Source: an uncultured Gammaproteobacteria bacterium (GTDB taxonomy: Bacteria > Pseudomonadota > Gammaproteobacteria > Halothiobacillales > Halothiobacillaceae). Taken from it: DNA of 42,238 nt. The position numbers and the translations under genes were made by a program. The notes under the pieces are model-generated. The model was not told the DNA's origin. It made no database searches and saw only the letters and a program-made list of their open reading frames with translations. The DNA is taken from contig CALKWL010000339.1 in assembly GCA_938004235.1 (NCBI GenBank), positions 1-42,238 of the forward strand, in the 5' to 3' direction. Of the stretch, positions 28,174-37,468 are shown piece after piece (the first letter of the stretch is position 1; each line of letters begins with the position of its first letter).

Positions 28174-29844
28174 TTAGAACGGAACAAACCCCATCGAGCC
28201 TTTGAGCGTAAAGTCTGCTGCCGTGCCAATAATGACCTTCATGGGTGTGGCGTTCATACTGATAAGGCCTGTGGCCTTGTCGAAGCTTACGCCATAGTCG
28301 GAGCATTTGAGTAATTGACCCACCGCTTGGGATGGCGTAAGTGTGCACATACCAGTCACGTTCCCTAGAGGGGCGCTGACGATTGGAAGGCCGCCGCCTA
28401 CGTTAATTTGCAATGTTTCGGATTCAGGGTTGCCGGCCATGCGCACATAGGCCACGACGAGCTTCAGTTGGTTTATGTCGGCGCCAACCTGCCATGACCA
28501 TTTTTTGCGGTCAAGAAAGGTTACGTCGGTCACGCCCTGTTCGAACACGGGGGCGCTTTGTGGAATTTTGGTAAACCCGTTAATCGGCGCCGAGAGTGTG
28601 ACGCCGCTGCCAGCGCCAGGCGTGCCGCCTGTGCCGCCGCCGTCATCACTGGCAGGTTTGTCGCCGCGCACGACGGTCACCCCATCCTTGGGTGATACGC
28701 CACTCCATGAGCGGTCGGCGAACAGGTCAATGTGTCCTTGCTTGAAATGCAGGTAGAGCATTTTGCCGTGGGTTGCACTGGTTTCCATGCACAGCGAGTC
28801 GAGGGGATACTCGATGCCATTGTAGAAAATCGTGGCATCGGTACCCACCAGGAGTTGTGCGTCACCGGTCTTGGTGAAATTGAAGCTGTTGTCGAAAACA
28901 CCCTCACTACCGCTGTAGGGGCCGGAGAAGCTGACAATATCCATGGCTCCGGGCAGGCTGACTGCGGTGCCCGGCTGGAAGAGCTCGGTTTTACAGCTAA
29001 GTGCGGCGGCGGGTTGCGGCGTAGTTTGGCAGCTCAGGCGCTCATCTTTCAGCTCGCAGTAGCCGCTGTCGAGTCCCTTGGCAATCGCCGCCGAGAGTTT
29101 GCTCTTGAGCTTTTTACGATCAGCGTCCGAGCCATTGGCGAGGGTGTTGGTCAGTGTGCTCAGATAGGCTCCCAAATCCCCCTGCATTTTTGCATCGGCC
29201 TGCATCTGCGAGAGGGCGCGCAGCAGTTCGCGGTAAGCCATGGACAGCGCATTGGCGTTGCCTAAGGCGGGGAGTGTATCCAGTAGATTGAATGCGCTGT
29301 CCAGTTGCGGCAGCACGGTTAGCAGTTGTTTGGTCTTTGCTTCGATGTCAGTACGCGTTAGGTTGTTTGCCATGCGTACGGCGGCTTCCGTGAAGGGGGT
29401 GATAGCGGCTGAAGTGACGCCGCCATTTGCACCAACAACAACGATGTTGCGCAGGGTGCCTTTCAGCGGTGTTCCGCTGCTTTCATCGCCCACGGTGGCT
29501 TCGTCATCGTAGGCTGCGCCATTTTCGATGGCGAGTAGAACCTCCCCGACATAGCTGCCAATATCAATCGTAAACTGGCTATCGGCATTAACGCTGGAGC
29601 AGGCGATTTTGCCGCCTTGCTTGCCTGCGTCGAGCTTGTACGCGCAGGTCTGACCGCTCAGGAACTTGCCGGCCATAGCTGTACCCGACACACTGCTGGA
29701 AAGTGTTGTCCCGCCCCCTCCTTCGCCTCCCGTGCTGTCTCCTCCAGTGTTGCTCGGTGCAGCATCATCGGAGCCGCCGCAGCCCGCCACGCTGGCGATG
29801 ATGATTGCGCAAGCCATCGCAAGAATGCTCTTCTTCCTTTTCAT
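28174..29844 (-). CDS. Large hypothetical lipoprotein (556 aa)
   Basis: MKRKK..IIIASVAG-C lipobox; Gly/Ser linkers separating several domains. Confidence 0.8.
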   Translation of the reverse strand: MKRKKSILAMACAIIIASVAGCGGSDDAAPSNTGGDSTGGEGGGGTTLSSSVSGTAMAGKFLSGQTCAYKLDAGKQGGKIACSSVNADSQFTIDIGSYVGEVLLAIENGAAYDDEATVGDESSGTPLKGTLRNIVVVGANGGVTSAAITPFTEAAVRMANNLTRTDIEAKTKQLLTVLPQLDSAFNLLDTLPALGNANALSMAYRELLRALSQMQADAKMQGDLGAYLSTLTNTLANGSDADRKKLKSKLSAAIAKGLDSGYCELKDERLSCQTTPQPAAALSCKTELFQPGTAVSLPGAMDIVSFSGPYSGSEGVFDNSFNFTKTGDAQLLVGTDATIFYNGIEYPLDSLCMETSATHGKMLYLHFKQGHIDLFADRSWSGVSPKDGVTVVRGDKPASDDGGGTGGTPGAGSGVTLSAPINGFTKIPQSAPVFEQGVTDVTFLDRKKWSWQVGADINQLKLVVAYVRMAGNPESETLQINVGGGLPIVSAPLGNVTGMCTLTPSQAVGQLLKCSDYGVSFDKATGLISMNATPMKVIIGTAADFTLKGSMGFVPF

Positions 29845-29935
29845 GAAACTCGAAACCTCGTTAACTTGACTGAACGCCGAACAAAAAAGACCTGTCGCCG
29901 TGGTCGGTGATGGTAGGGTTTGCTCAATGCTCTGT

Positions 29936-29956
29936 ATCCCCCGTGAACAGGGGGGC
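29936..29956. promoter_or_regulatory. Palindromic putative response-regulator binding site upstream of the lipoprotein
   Basis: atcccccgtgaacaggggggc; matches the reverse complement of 26093-26113 as CCCCCGT-RAAYR-SGGGG. Confidence 0.5.
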
Positions 29957-30034
29957 TTGGCTCGCGAAGGTATGGTTCAGGTGAGGAGTCGTTGGGCTCC
30001 ACATGGCGGGCTGGAATAAGTGCTTCAGCGCTTG

Positions 30035-30715
30035 CTAGGGTTGCGTCTGTGCGTTCAGAGCGGCCAGCCTTTCCGGCGTGCCGATGTCGTGCCATTCGCC
30101 TTGGTGGTGTTCGCCGCTTATTTGGCCGAGATCGGCGGCGCGGCGCAAAAGCGGGGCGAGGGGGTGACAGCCGGACGGGATGTCGTGGAAGAAGTGCGGG
30201 TGGAAGCGCGCTATGCCGGCGTAGGTGAGCGTTGGGGCGGGTTCTTGCGAATTGCGCACCAGGCCGCTTTCGAGAACAAAATCGCCCTTGGGGTGTTGCG
30301 GCGGATTGCTGACCATGACGAGGTGCGCCGGGGTTTGGTGCGGGGTGAGAAGTTGGCGGTAGTCGTAGTCGGTGTAGATGTCGGCATTGACCAGAATGAA
30401 GGGATTTGAGCCGAGCAGTGGCAGGGCGCGGCGGATGCCGCCTGCGGTCTCCAGTCCCGTTTCGCCTTCATGGGAGTAGCAGATGGTTGCGCCGAGCTTT
30501 GCGCCGGTGCCGAGCGCGGCGTGGATTTTGGCGCCGAGGTAGGCGGTGTTGATGACAATCTGCGTGATGCCTGCGTCCACCAGTCGGCGGATGTGGTGTT
30601 CGATCAGCGGGATACCATGCACGCAGAGCAGGGGTTTGGGGGTGGTGAGGGTGAGCGGCTGCATACGACGGCCTTCACCGGCGGCGAGGATCATGGCTTT
30701 CATGCGAGTGCTCAT
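30035..30715 (-). CDS. murU: MurNAc-alpha-1-phosphate uridylyltransferase
   Basis: MKAMILAAGEGRRMQPLT..PKPLL, LETAGGI, WHDIGTPERL; coupled to amgK. Confidence 0.9.
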   Translation of the reverse strand: MSTRMKAMILAAGEGRRMQPLTLTTPKPLLCVHGIPLIEHHIRRLVDAGITQIVINTAYLGAKIHAALGTGAKLGATICYSHEGETGLETAGGIRRALPLLGSNPFILVNADIYTDYDYRQLLTPHQTPAHLVMVSNPPQHPKGDFVLESGLVRNSQEPAPTLTYAGIARFHPHFFHDIPSGCHPLAPLLRRAADLGQISGEHHQGEWHDIGTPERLAALNAQTQP

Positions 30716-31716
30716 GGGCGGGCGCAGCCGTGTTGGTTGAGCCAGTCGATAAAGTCGGCGAATTCGGGGTAGGGTGCGAGCGAGCGGTGCAGGTTGCGTA
30801 GGGTGAGCGGCAGGTCGGCGAGGTAGCCGCTTTTGCCGTCGCGGTGGTGCAGGCGGGCGAAGATGCCGAGAACCTTGAGGTGACGTTGTGCGCTCATCCA
30901 GTCGAAGTCGGTTTTGAAGTGTTCCCACGCGGGGATGTCGGGCTGGTTTTGTTGCAGCGCGTGGTGATGCTGGCGCAACCATGCTTCGACTTGTTCATCC
31001 GGCCATTCGATATAACTGTCGCGCAAAAGTGAGGCGAGGTCGTAGGTGATCGGGCCGTGCACGGCATCCTGGAAGTCGATAATGCCGGGCGGGTTGTCGG
31101 GTGTGAGCATGAGGTTGCGGCTATGGTAGTCGCGGTGTACAAAACCTTGCGGCTGGGCGAGGGCGCGTGCGGCGAGGCGGGCATAGGCGGCGTTGAGTAA
31201 TGCCATGTCGTCGTTGCCTGGCTCAAGGCCGAGATGTCGGCGCAGATACCAGGTGTCGAAGAGCTGCATCTCGCTGATGAGTTTGGCGCGGTCGTAGTGC
31301 GGCAGGTCGTCGGATGGGCAGGTTTGCAGGTGCAGCAGGGCGCGCAGTGCATGGGCATAGAGCGTGGCGGCCTCATCCGGGCTAGCCTGTTGCAGAACCG
31401 GAAGCAGGGGGGTGGAGCCAAAGTCGTCCAGCAGCATGAGCCCGTGTTCCAGGCTGTAGGCGTGGATTGCGGGGACGTGCGCGCCGTGTGCGTCCAGGCG
31501 TTGTGCAATATGCAGAAACGGGCGGATGTCTTCGTGTTGCGGGGGGGCGTCCATCACGATGCGCGTAAGCCGTGCGCCGTCTGGGATGGCGGCGCGGAAG
31601 TAGCGGCGAAAGCTGGCATCCGCTGAGGCGGGTTCGAGGTTTTGGATGTTGAGTTCAAGCGTGTTATGCAGCCAGTCGAGGATCAGCTCGCGGCGCGGGT
31701 CATGCGTGGGTGTCAT
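30712..31716 (-). CDS. amgK: Anomeric MurNAc/GlcNAc kinase (APH-family phosphotransferase)
   Basis: ASADASFRRYFR, VMDAPP, VHRDYHSRNLM, IDFQDA..GP..YDL.SLL, QRHLKVLGIFARL. Confidence 0.92.
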   Translation of the reverse strand: MTPTHDPRRELILDWLHNTLELNIQNLEPASADASFRRYFRAAIPDGARLTRIVMDAPPQHEDIRPFLHIAQRLDAHGAHVPAIHAYSLEHGLMLLDDFGSTPLLPVLQQASPDEAATLYAHALRALLHLQTCPSDDLPHYDRAKLISEMQLFDTWYLRRHLGLEPGNDDMALLNAAYARLAARALAQPQGFVHRDYHSRNLMLTPDNPPGIIDFQDAVHGPITYDLASLLRDSYIEWPDEQVEAWLRQHHHALQQNQPDIPAWEHFKTDFDWMSAQRHLKVLGIFARLHHRDGKSGYLADLPLTLRNLHRSLAPYPEFADFIDWLNQHGCARP

Positions 31717-31720
31717 TGGG

Positions 31721-33016
31721 CTACAGGTTAAGGCTGAGTGAGGCAAGTACGGAAGCGGTCAGCACGACGGCGCCGACGCGTAGCCCGAGGGCGCGGCCGC
31801 CAATCGACCAGGTCAGCAGCAGTTTGACGGCGGTGTTGGTGAGGGCGGCAAGCAGGATGGCGTTGCGTGCGGTGTCGGCGGCGAGGCCGTCGATACTCAT
31901 GCGTGCGGTGGACAGGGTGAGGGCGTCCACATCGGCCAGTCCGCTGACGAAGGCCAGAATGTACAGCCCGGTGTCGCCAAACAGTTCGCGCGCGCCGATG
32001 GACAGTACCAGAATGATGCTCAGAATCAGGCCGAATTTCAGAGCGTTCCCCAGCTCGAAGGGGTTGCCGAGTACGGAGGCTTGGGCGCTTGCGGGGCTGT
32101 CCGGCTGTGCCCGGCTGCGTCGCCACAACCAGAAGGCGCCGGCCAGATGGACAGCGCTCATGCTCAGCATGGGCGGAAGCAGGCTGCCCAACAGGGCGGG
32201 GTTGATCACGCCTGCTTCAACGGCAATGCGGATGAACATGAGGCTTGAGGCGGCGAGAATCCCGGCGGCGAGCAGTTCTGGCGTGAAGCGTTGTGCACGC
32301 GCGTGCTGGGCGAGGCTGAGCGTGGTGGCGGTGGATGACACCAGGCCGCCGAGCAGGCTGGTCAGCATGATGCCTTGGCGTTCGCCCGCAAGCCGGATGG
32401 CGATGTAGCCGCTGAAGGACAGCGCCGAAACCAATACCACCATCCACCAGGCAAGGTAGGGGTTGAACGCCTGCCACGGGCCAAAGCCCTGGTTGGGCAA
32501 TAAGGGCAGCAGGACGACGGAAATCAGCAGGAATTTGAGCGTGGCGTTGAGCTCTTCGGCGGAGAGGCGGGTGAGCCATGCGTGCAGTATCGGTTTGAGC
32601 CCCAGCAGGGTGGTAATAATGACGGCGGCAATGGCCGCAACCAGCGGCTGTCCCAGGGTGGCGGTCAGACCCAGAACGAAGCTGGCGAGCAAGGCAAGTT
32701 CGGTGGTCATGCCGCGGTCGGCGTCGCCTGCGGAGGGGTGGTTGTCAAGCCAGTAGCCGACGATCACCAGGACGGCAAAGCTGAGCAGCCCCAATCCCGC
32801 AAAGATTGCGCCAAGCGACAGCGCAAGGGCGCCGACGAGCCCGCCGGTGAGCGCGGCCAGGCCAAAGGTGCGGATACCGGCGACGCGCGTGCCTTCGGCG
32901 GCATGGCGTGCGTGCCAGCCGCGCTCCGTGCCGATCAGCAAGCCGATGGCAAGCGCCAGCCCGAGGTTTTGCAGCAGGGGGAGTGAGGTCATTGCAAAGC
33001 TTTGAGTGGGTTCCAT
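31721..33016 (-). CDS. MgtC/SapB-family membrane protein with DUF4010-type C-terminal domain
   Basis: LAIGLLIGTERGW, AGIRTFG, GMTTE, GGLVSSTATT, SGLADVDA; alternative start 32992. Confidence 0.88.
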   Translation of the reverse strand: MEPTQSFAMTSLPLLQNLGLALAIGLLIGTERGWHARHAAEGTRVAGIRTFGLAALTGGLVGALALSLGAIFAGLGLLSFAVLVIVGYWLDNHPSAGDADRGMTTELALLASFVLGLTATLGQPLVAAIAAVIITTLLGLKPILHAWLTRLSAEELNATLKFLLISVVLLPLLPNQGFGPWQAFNPYLAWWMVVLVSALSFSGYIAIRLAGERQGIMLTSLLGGLVSSTATTLSLAQHARAQRFTPELLAAGILAASSLMFIRIAVEAGVINPALLGSLLPPMLSMSAVHLAGAFWLWRRSRAQPDSPASAQASVLGNPFELGNALKFGLILSIILVLSIGARELFGDTGLYILAFVSGLADVDALTLSTARMSIDGLAADTARNAILLAALTNTAVKLLLTWSIGGRALGLRVGAVVLTASVLASLSLNL

Positions 33017-33127
33017 GCCCGGAAGCTGTTGATTCTGTCAGCATGGTTCACGGATTTCTAGCGGGCTGTTAAGGAATTGCTGAGTCATTCAGCATTTACC
33101 CAGGTGATTTTGTGTGGTTTTCAGTCC

Positions 33128-33264
33128 GATCGAGTCCGATATACGCCCGGACTCGATCGCGACAAATCAATTATGTGCGTGATTGATTTGCGTGCGGGAC
33201 ACTCATGTCCCGCCTTATCAGACGGCTGAAATAAATACTTCGGCCGTCTGGCTAAGGGTGTGGG
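33128..33264 (-). repeat. Multi-hairpin intergenic repeat element (family A, copy 3, most complete)
   Basis: Four consecutive hairpins; homologous to both 269-350 and 19108-19187. Confidence 0.82.
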
Positions 33265-33334
33265 TTGTCATGATTGCTGTGGGCTCATGTATGATTGGCT
33301 CAATTTGTTTTATCCGTGGTCAGTGGAGATAGTC

Positions 33335-34021
33335 ATGATTCTGTTTCGTCAGTTGTTCGACCCAAATACATGGACTTACACCTATGTGCTTGCCGACGCG
33401 GTTACGCGTGACGCGGTGGTGATTGACCCGGTGGTTGAACAGGTTGAGCGCGATCTGGCAGTGCTGGCTGAGATGGGGGTTACGCTGCGCTACATTCTGG
33501 AAACGCATGTCCACGCCGATCATGTGACCGGGGGCGGCAAGCTGCGTCAGCAGACCGGCGCCAAATTTGTGGCCGGTAAGGGCACTCAGCTGGATTGTGC
33601 GGATGTGCTGCTGGGCGAGGGTGAAACGGTGGTTTTCGGCAACGAAGTGATCCGTGCGCTCTGCACCCCGGGGCACACCGATGGCTGCACCAGCTACCAC
33701 TGGCGCAACTGCCTGTTTACCGGCGACGCCCTGCTGATTGATGCCTGCGGTCGTACCGATTTCCAGCAGGGCAGCGCCAGCAAGCTTTACGACAGCCTGC
33801 AAAAGCTGCTCAGCTACCCGGACGATACGCTGGTCTATCCTGGGCATGACTACAACGGGCGGCATGTGAGCACGGTCGGGCAGGAAAAGTCGATCAATCC
33901 GTATGTTGTCGGTCTGGATCGAGCCGCTTTCGAGCAAAAGATGAGCGAACTGAAGTTGGCGCCTCCGCGCTTTATCGACGTTGCGGTTCCCGGTAATCTT
34001 AAGTGCGGGGACGCGGCGTAA
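33335..34021 (+). CDS. Persulfide dioxygenase-like (ETHE1/Sdo) MBL-fold protein
   Basis: LFRQLFD..T.TYTY, ETHVHADHVTG, TPGHTDGC, TGDALLI..CGRTDFQ, VYPGHDY, AVPGNLKCG. Confidence 0.88.
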   Translation: MILFRQLFDPNTWTYTYVLADAVTRDAVVIDPVVEQVERDLAVLAEMGVTLRYILETHVHADHVTGGGKLRQQTGAKFVAGKGTQLDCADVLLGEGETVVFGNEVIRALCTPGHTDGCTSYHWRNCLFTGDALLIDACGRTDFQQGSASKLYDSLQKLLSYPDDTLVYPGHDYNGRHVSTVGQEKSINPYVVGLDRAAFEQKMSELKLAPPRFIDVAVPGNLKCGDAA

Positions 34022-34120
34022 GGATGCCGAGTTTCTATTAAGCCGCTCTTTTCGCCATAATCGCGCCCTGTTCGATCAACGAACAGGGCGTTTTTGTTGG
34101 CTGCAAGGCTGGAGTTTTGA

Positions 34121-34633
34121 ATGCTGCTGTTGCGTCAGTTGTTGGGTTTGTGTCTGTTGCGCGTCGGCCCGGAAGCGTTGCCGGGGCATTGGCGTCTGCC
34201 GTTGTGGCTGGCTTTGGCTTATATCTTGAGCGGCGGGCTGATGTTCATGCAGGACGATGGTCTGGCGGTCGGCATGGCGCAGGCGGCCATGGATGCGACC
34301 TTGCTCGCTGGTTTCGTTTGGGTCACGCTCAAAATGCGTGCTCACCCTGAACGTTTTATTCAGACGTATGCGGCGCTGCTGGGTATTAGTCTGGTGTTTA
34401 CGCTGGTGTCATGGCCGATTTTCGAAGCTTTGCCGGATGAGTTCGGCAACGAGTGGTCTTGGGCGCAGATCGCCTTGCTGGGCGTGGTGTTGTGGAGTCT
34501 GGTGGCACAGGGGCAGGTGTTGCGGCGGGCGTTGGACGTTGGCGCCGGTGTTGGTCTGTTGCTGGTTTTTGTCTATTTCATGTTCTCCAGTCTATTGATT
34601 GCCGCAGTATTTTCCGGGAGTGCGCCTGCATGA
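34121..34633 (+). CDS. Hypothetical multi-TM membrane protein
   Basis: About five hydrophobic helices; stop overlaps the mpl start. Confidence 0.75.
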   Translation: MLLLRQLLGLCLLRVGPEALPGHWRLPLWLALAYILSGGLMFMQDDGLAVGMAQAAMDATLLAGFVWVTLKMRAHPERFIQTYAALLGISLVFTLVSWPIFEALPDEFGNEWSWAQIALLGVVLWSLVAQGQVLRRALDVGAGVGLLLVFVYFMFSSLLIAAVFSGSAPA

Positions 34634-35994
34634 GTTCAGTTCATATTCTGGGTATTGCCGGAACCTTTATGGGTGGCTTGGCGCAGTTGGCCAAGGCGGC
34701 GGGGTATGTTGTGTCGGGTGCGGATCGGCAGGTGTATTCGCCGATGCGTGAGCAGCTTGAGGCTGCCGGGATTCCCTGGGTTGAGGGTTACGAGGCGGCG
34801 CAGCTCGATGGTTTTGAGGGTGAGGTCGTGGTTGGCAATGTGATGCGGCGCGGGATGCCGATTGCCGAAACCATGCTGGATCGCGGCATGCGTTACACCT
34901 CGGGGCCGGAGTGGCTGGGACGCACTATCCTGCACGGGCAATGGGTGTTGGCGGTGGCGGGAACGCATGGCAAAACGACGACCAGTTCGATGCTGGCGTG
35001 GATTCTGGAATACGCGGGCTTGAACCCCGGCTTTTTGATCGGCGGCGTGCCGACTAATTTCGGTTGTTCCGCGCGTCTAGGCGGCGGGTCGTTTTTTGTG
35101 ATTGAGGCGGACGAGTACGACACGGCGTTTTTTGATAAGCGTTCCAAGTTTGTGCATTACCGCCCGCGCACGGTGATTCTGAATAATCTTGAGTTCGATC
35201 ATGCCGACATCTTCCCTGATCTTGCGGCGATTCAGACCCAATTTCATCATCTGGTGCGCATGATTCCGCCGAGTGGGCTGATTGTGAAGCCGCAAGGCGA
35301 CGCAGCGCTGGATGCCGTGCTGGAGCGTGGTTGCTGGACGCCGGTTGAGACGTTTGGCGTGGGCGGGGCGTGGTCGGTGGGCGCAGCGGACGCCGACGGT
35401 TCGCGTTTTGAGGTGCTGTTGGATGGCGTGATGCAAGGCACGGTGCAGTGGTCGCAATTGGGCGCGCATAACGTGAGTAATGCGCTGGCCGCCTTGGCCG
35501 CCGCGCGTCATGCCGGGGTGCCGGTGGCGGTCGGCATTGAGGCGCTGGCGCAGTTTTCCGGCGTGAAGCGGCGTTTGGAAGTGCGCGGCGTGGTGGATGG
35601 TGTGACGCTGTATGACGATTTTGCGCATCATCCGACCGCGATTCGCACTACGCTGGAGGGTTTGCGTGCGCGCATTGGCGAGGCACGCCTGCTGGTGGCG
35701 CTCGACCCGCGTTCAAATACGATGCGTATGGGGGTTCATGCGGACACCTTGGCGGATTCGCTGGCGGCGGCGGATGCGGTGTGGTTGTTCCAGCCGGAGG
35801 ATGCAGGTTGGGATGTGCGCCAGGTGGCGCAGGGCTTGGCCTGTCCGAGCTGGAGCGGCGGCGAGGTGGGGGCGATGGTGGAGGATGTGTTGGCACAATT
35901 GCGCCCCGGCGATCATCTGGTGTTAATGAGCAATGGCAGTTTTGGCGGGGCGCATGAGCGCGTGTTGCAGGGTTTGCGGGAGCGTTCGGTATGA
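34630..35994 (+). CDS. mpl: Murein peptide ligase
   Basis: HILGIAGTFMGG, AGTHGKTTT, EADEYDTAFFDKRSKF, DDFAHHPTAI, MSNGSFGG. Confidence 0.97.
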   Translation: MSSVHILGIAGTFMGGLAQLAKAAGYVVSGADRQVYSPMREQLEAAGIPWVEGYEAAQLDGFEGEVVVGNVMRRGMPIAETMLDRGMRYTSGPEWLGRTILHGQWVLAVAGTHGKTTTSSMLAWILEYAGLNPGFLIGGVPTNFGCSARLGGGSFFVIEADEYDTAFFDKRSKFVHYRPRTVILNNLEFDHADIFPDLAAIQTQFHHLVRMIPPSGLIVKPQGDAALDAVLERGCWTPVETFGVGGAWSVGAADADGSRFEVLLDGVMQGTVQWSQLGAHNVSNALAALAAARHAGVPVAVGIEALAQFSGVKRRLEVRGVVDGVTLYDDFAHHPTAIRTTLEGLRARIGEARLLVALDPRSNTMRMGVHADTLADSLAAADAVWLFQPEDAGWDVRQVAQGLACPSWSGGEVGAMVEDVLAQLRPGDHLVLMSNGSFGGAHERVLQGLRERSV

Positions 35995-36362
35995 GCAAAG
36001 TGCAGCATTTTGATGAGGCAGGCTTGACGCAGGTTTTGGCCGCGCATGAGCTGGTGTTGTTGGCGTTCTGGGCGCCGTGGTGTGGGCCGTGTCAGGCTTT
36101 TGCGCCGGTGTTTGCCGAGGTTGCCGATGATTATGATGAGGTGCTGTTCGGCAAGGTGAATGTGGATGCCGAGCCGGGTCTGGCGGCGCAGTTCGCCGTG
36201 CGTTCGATTCCGATGCTGATGGCGGTGCGCGAGGGTGTGGTGTTGTACGCCCAGCCGGGCGCGGTGTCGGCGAGCGCCTTGCGTGAGTTGGTGGCGCATG
36301 TGCAGGCGGTGGATATGGCGGCGGTGCGGGCGGCGTTGCCACGGGATGACGCTGCGCCATGA
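35991..36362 (+). CDS. Thioredoxin-family protein
   Basis: FWAPWCGPC, VRSIPML. Confidence 0.92.
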   Translation: MSKVQHFDEAGLTQVLAAHELVLLAFWAPWCGPCQAFAPVFAEVADDYDEVLFGKVNVDAEPGLAAQFAVRSIPMLMAVREGVVLYAQPGAVSASALRELVAHVQAVDMAAVRAALPRDDAAP

Positions 36363-37282
36363 CTTTAGTCATTGCCCAAATGGCCGCCATGGTGCTGGTC
36401 GGTCTGTGGTGGCAGTGGGCGAAGCCGGGCGGTTGGGAGGCGGGGCAGGCGCGTGGTGCGCTGACGACGCTGGTGTATTACATCCTGCTGCCCGCGCTGG
36501 TTTTGGCGGTGCTGTGGCGTGCGCCGCTGGGGGTGGAGAGTCTGCATATTGCCGGGCTGGCAGCCCTGGGCGTGCTGGCGAGCATGGGCTTGATGGCCGT
36601 GGTGGCGCATTTCATGCCGCTGACACGCGGGCAGAAGGGGGCGCTGTTGCTGGCGGCTTCGTTTCCGAATGCGACCTATCTGGGCTTGCCGGTGCTGGAG
36701 TCGCTGTATGGCGATTACGGGCGCGCAGTGGCGGTGCAGTACGATCTGTTTGCTTGTACGCCCTTGCTGCTGAGCGTGGGCATCGCGCTGGCGGTGTATT
36801 ACGGCAAGCCGGAAGAGGGTAAGGCACATGCGCCTTGGTGGCATGGTGTGCTCAAGGTTCCGGCGCTGTGGGCGGCCATTCTGGCTATGGTGCTGAATTT
36901 TTCCGGCACGCCGTTTCCGGATGTCCTGCGCGGGGTGCTGGATCGGCTGGGGGCGGGCGTGGTGCCGCTGATGCTGATCGCGCTGGGGATGGGTTTGCGG
37001 CTGGATGCGCTCAAGCCTGCGGCCTTGCTGCGCGTGAGCCCGGTGTTGCTGATTCAGCTTGCCTTTGCGCCCGCGCTGGTTTTGGCGGCGGGTATGGGGC
37101 TGGGGCTTGAGGCACCCTTGTTGACAGCGGTGGTGCTGGAGGCCGGAATGCCGGTGATGGTGCTGGGGCTGGTGTTGTGCGACCGTTACGGTCTGGATAC
37201 CGGTTTGTATGCGGCGGCGGCAACGCTTTCGACACTTTTGAGTCTGCTGACCCTGCCGTTCTGGCATGGGTTGGTGGGGTGA
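36359..37282 (+). CDS. AEC (auxin efflux carrier / malate permease) family transporter
   Basis: LVYYILLPAL, FPNATYLGLP, PLMLIALG, EAGMP; ~10 TM. Confidence 0.9.
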   Translation: MTLVIAQMAAMVLVGLWWQWAKPGGWEAGQARGALTTLVYYILLPALVLAVLWRAPLGVESLHIAGLAALGVLASMGLMAVVAHFMPLTRGQKGALLLAASFPNATYLGLPVLESLYGDYGRAVAVQYDLFACTPLLLSVGIALAVYYGKPEEGKAHAPWWHGVLKVPALWAAILAMVLNFSGTPFPDVLRGVLDRLGAGVVPLMLIALGMGLRLDALKPAALLRVSPVLLIQLAFAPALVLAAGMGLGLEAPLLTAVVLEAGMPVMVLGLVLCDRYGLDTGLYAAAATLSTLLSLLTLPFWHGLVG

Positions 37283-37342
37283 TTTTGTATAACTAAATGA
37301 TCTATCAAGATAAGGTTTGAATTGTTGCCCGAAACATTGGGC

Positions 37343-37407
37343 GTAGGAGGCTCGTCCCGAGCCGATGTTTTTGAGCCGATGGCATCGCGCCGAGACGGCG
37401 CTCCTAC
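37343..37407. repeat. GTAG-type REP doublet (REPIN-like)
   Basis: GTAGgaggctcgtcccgagccgat ... atcgcgccgagacggcgctcCTAC inverted pair. Confidence 0.8.
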
Positions 37408-37468
37408 GCGAATGTCGGTTTAGCAAGCGTTTAGACTTTGCCTGGATGGATCTATAACGAGAGAGGCC

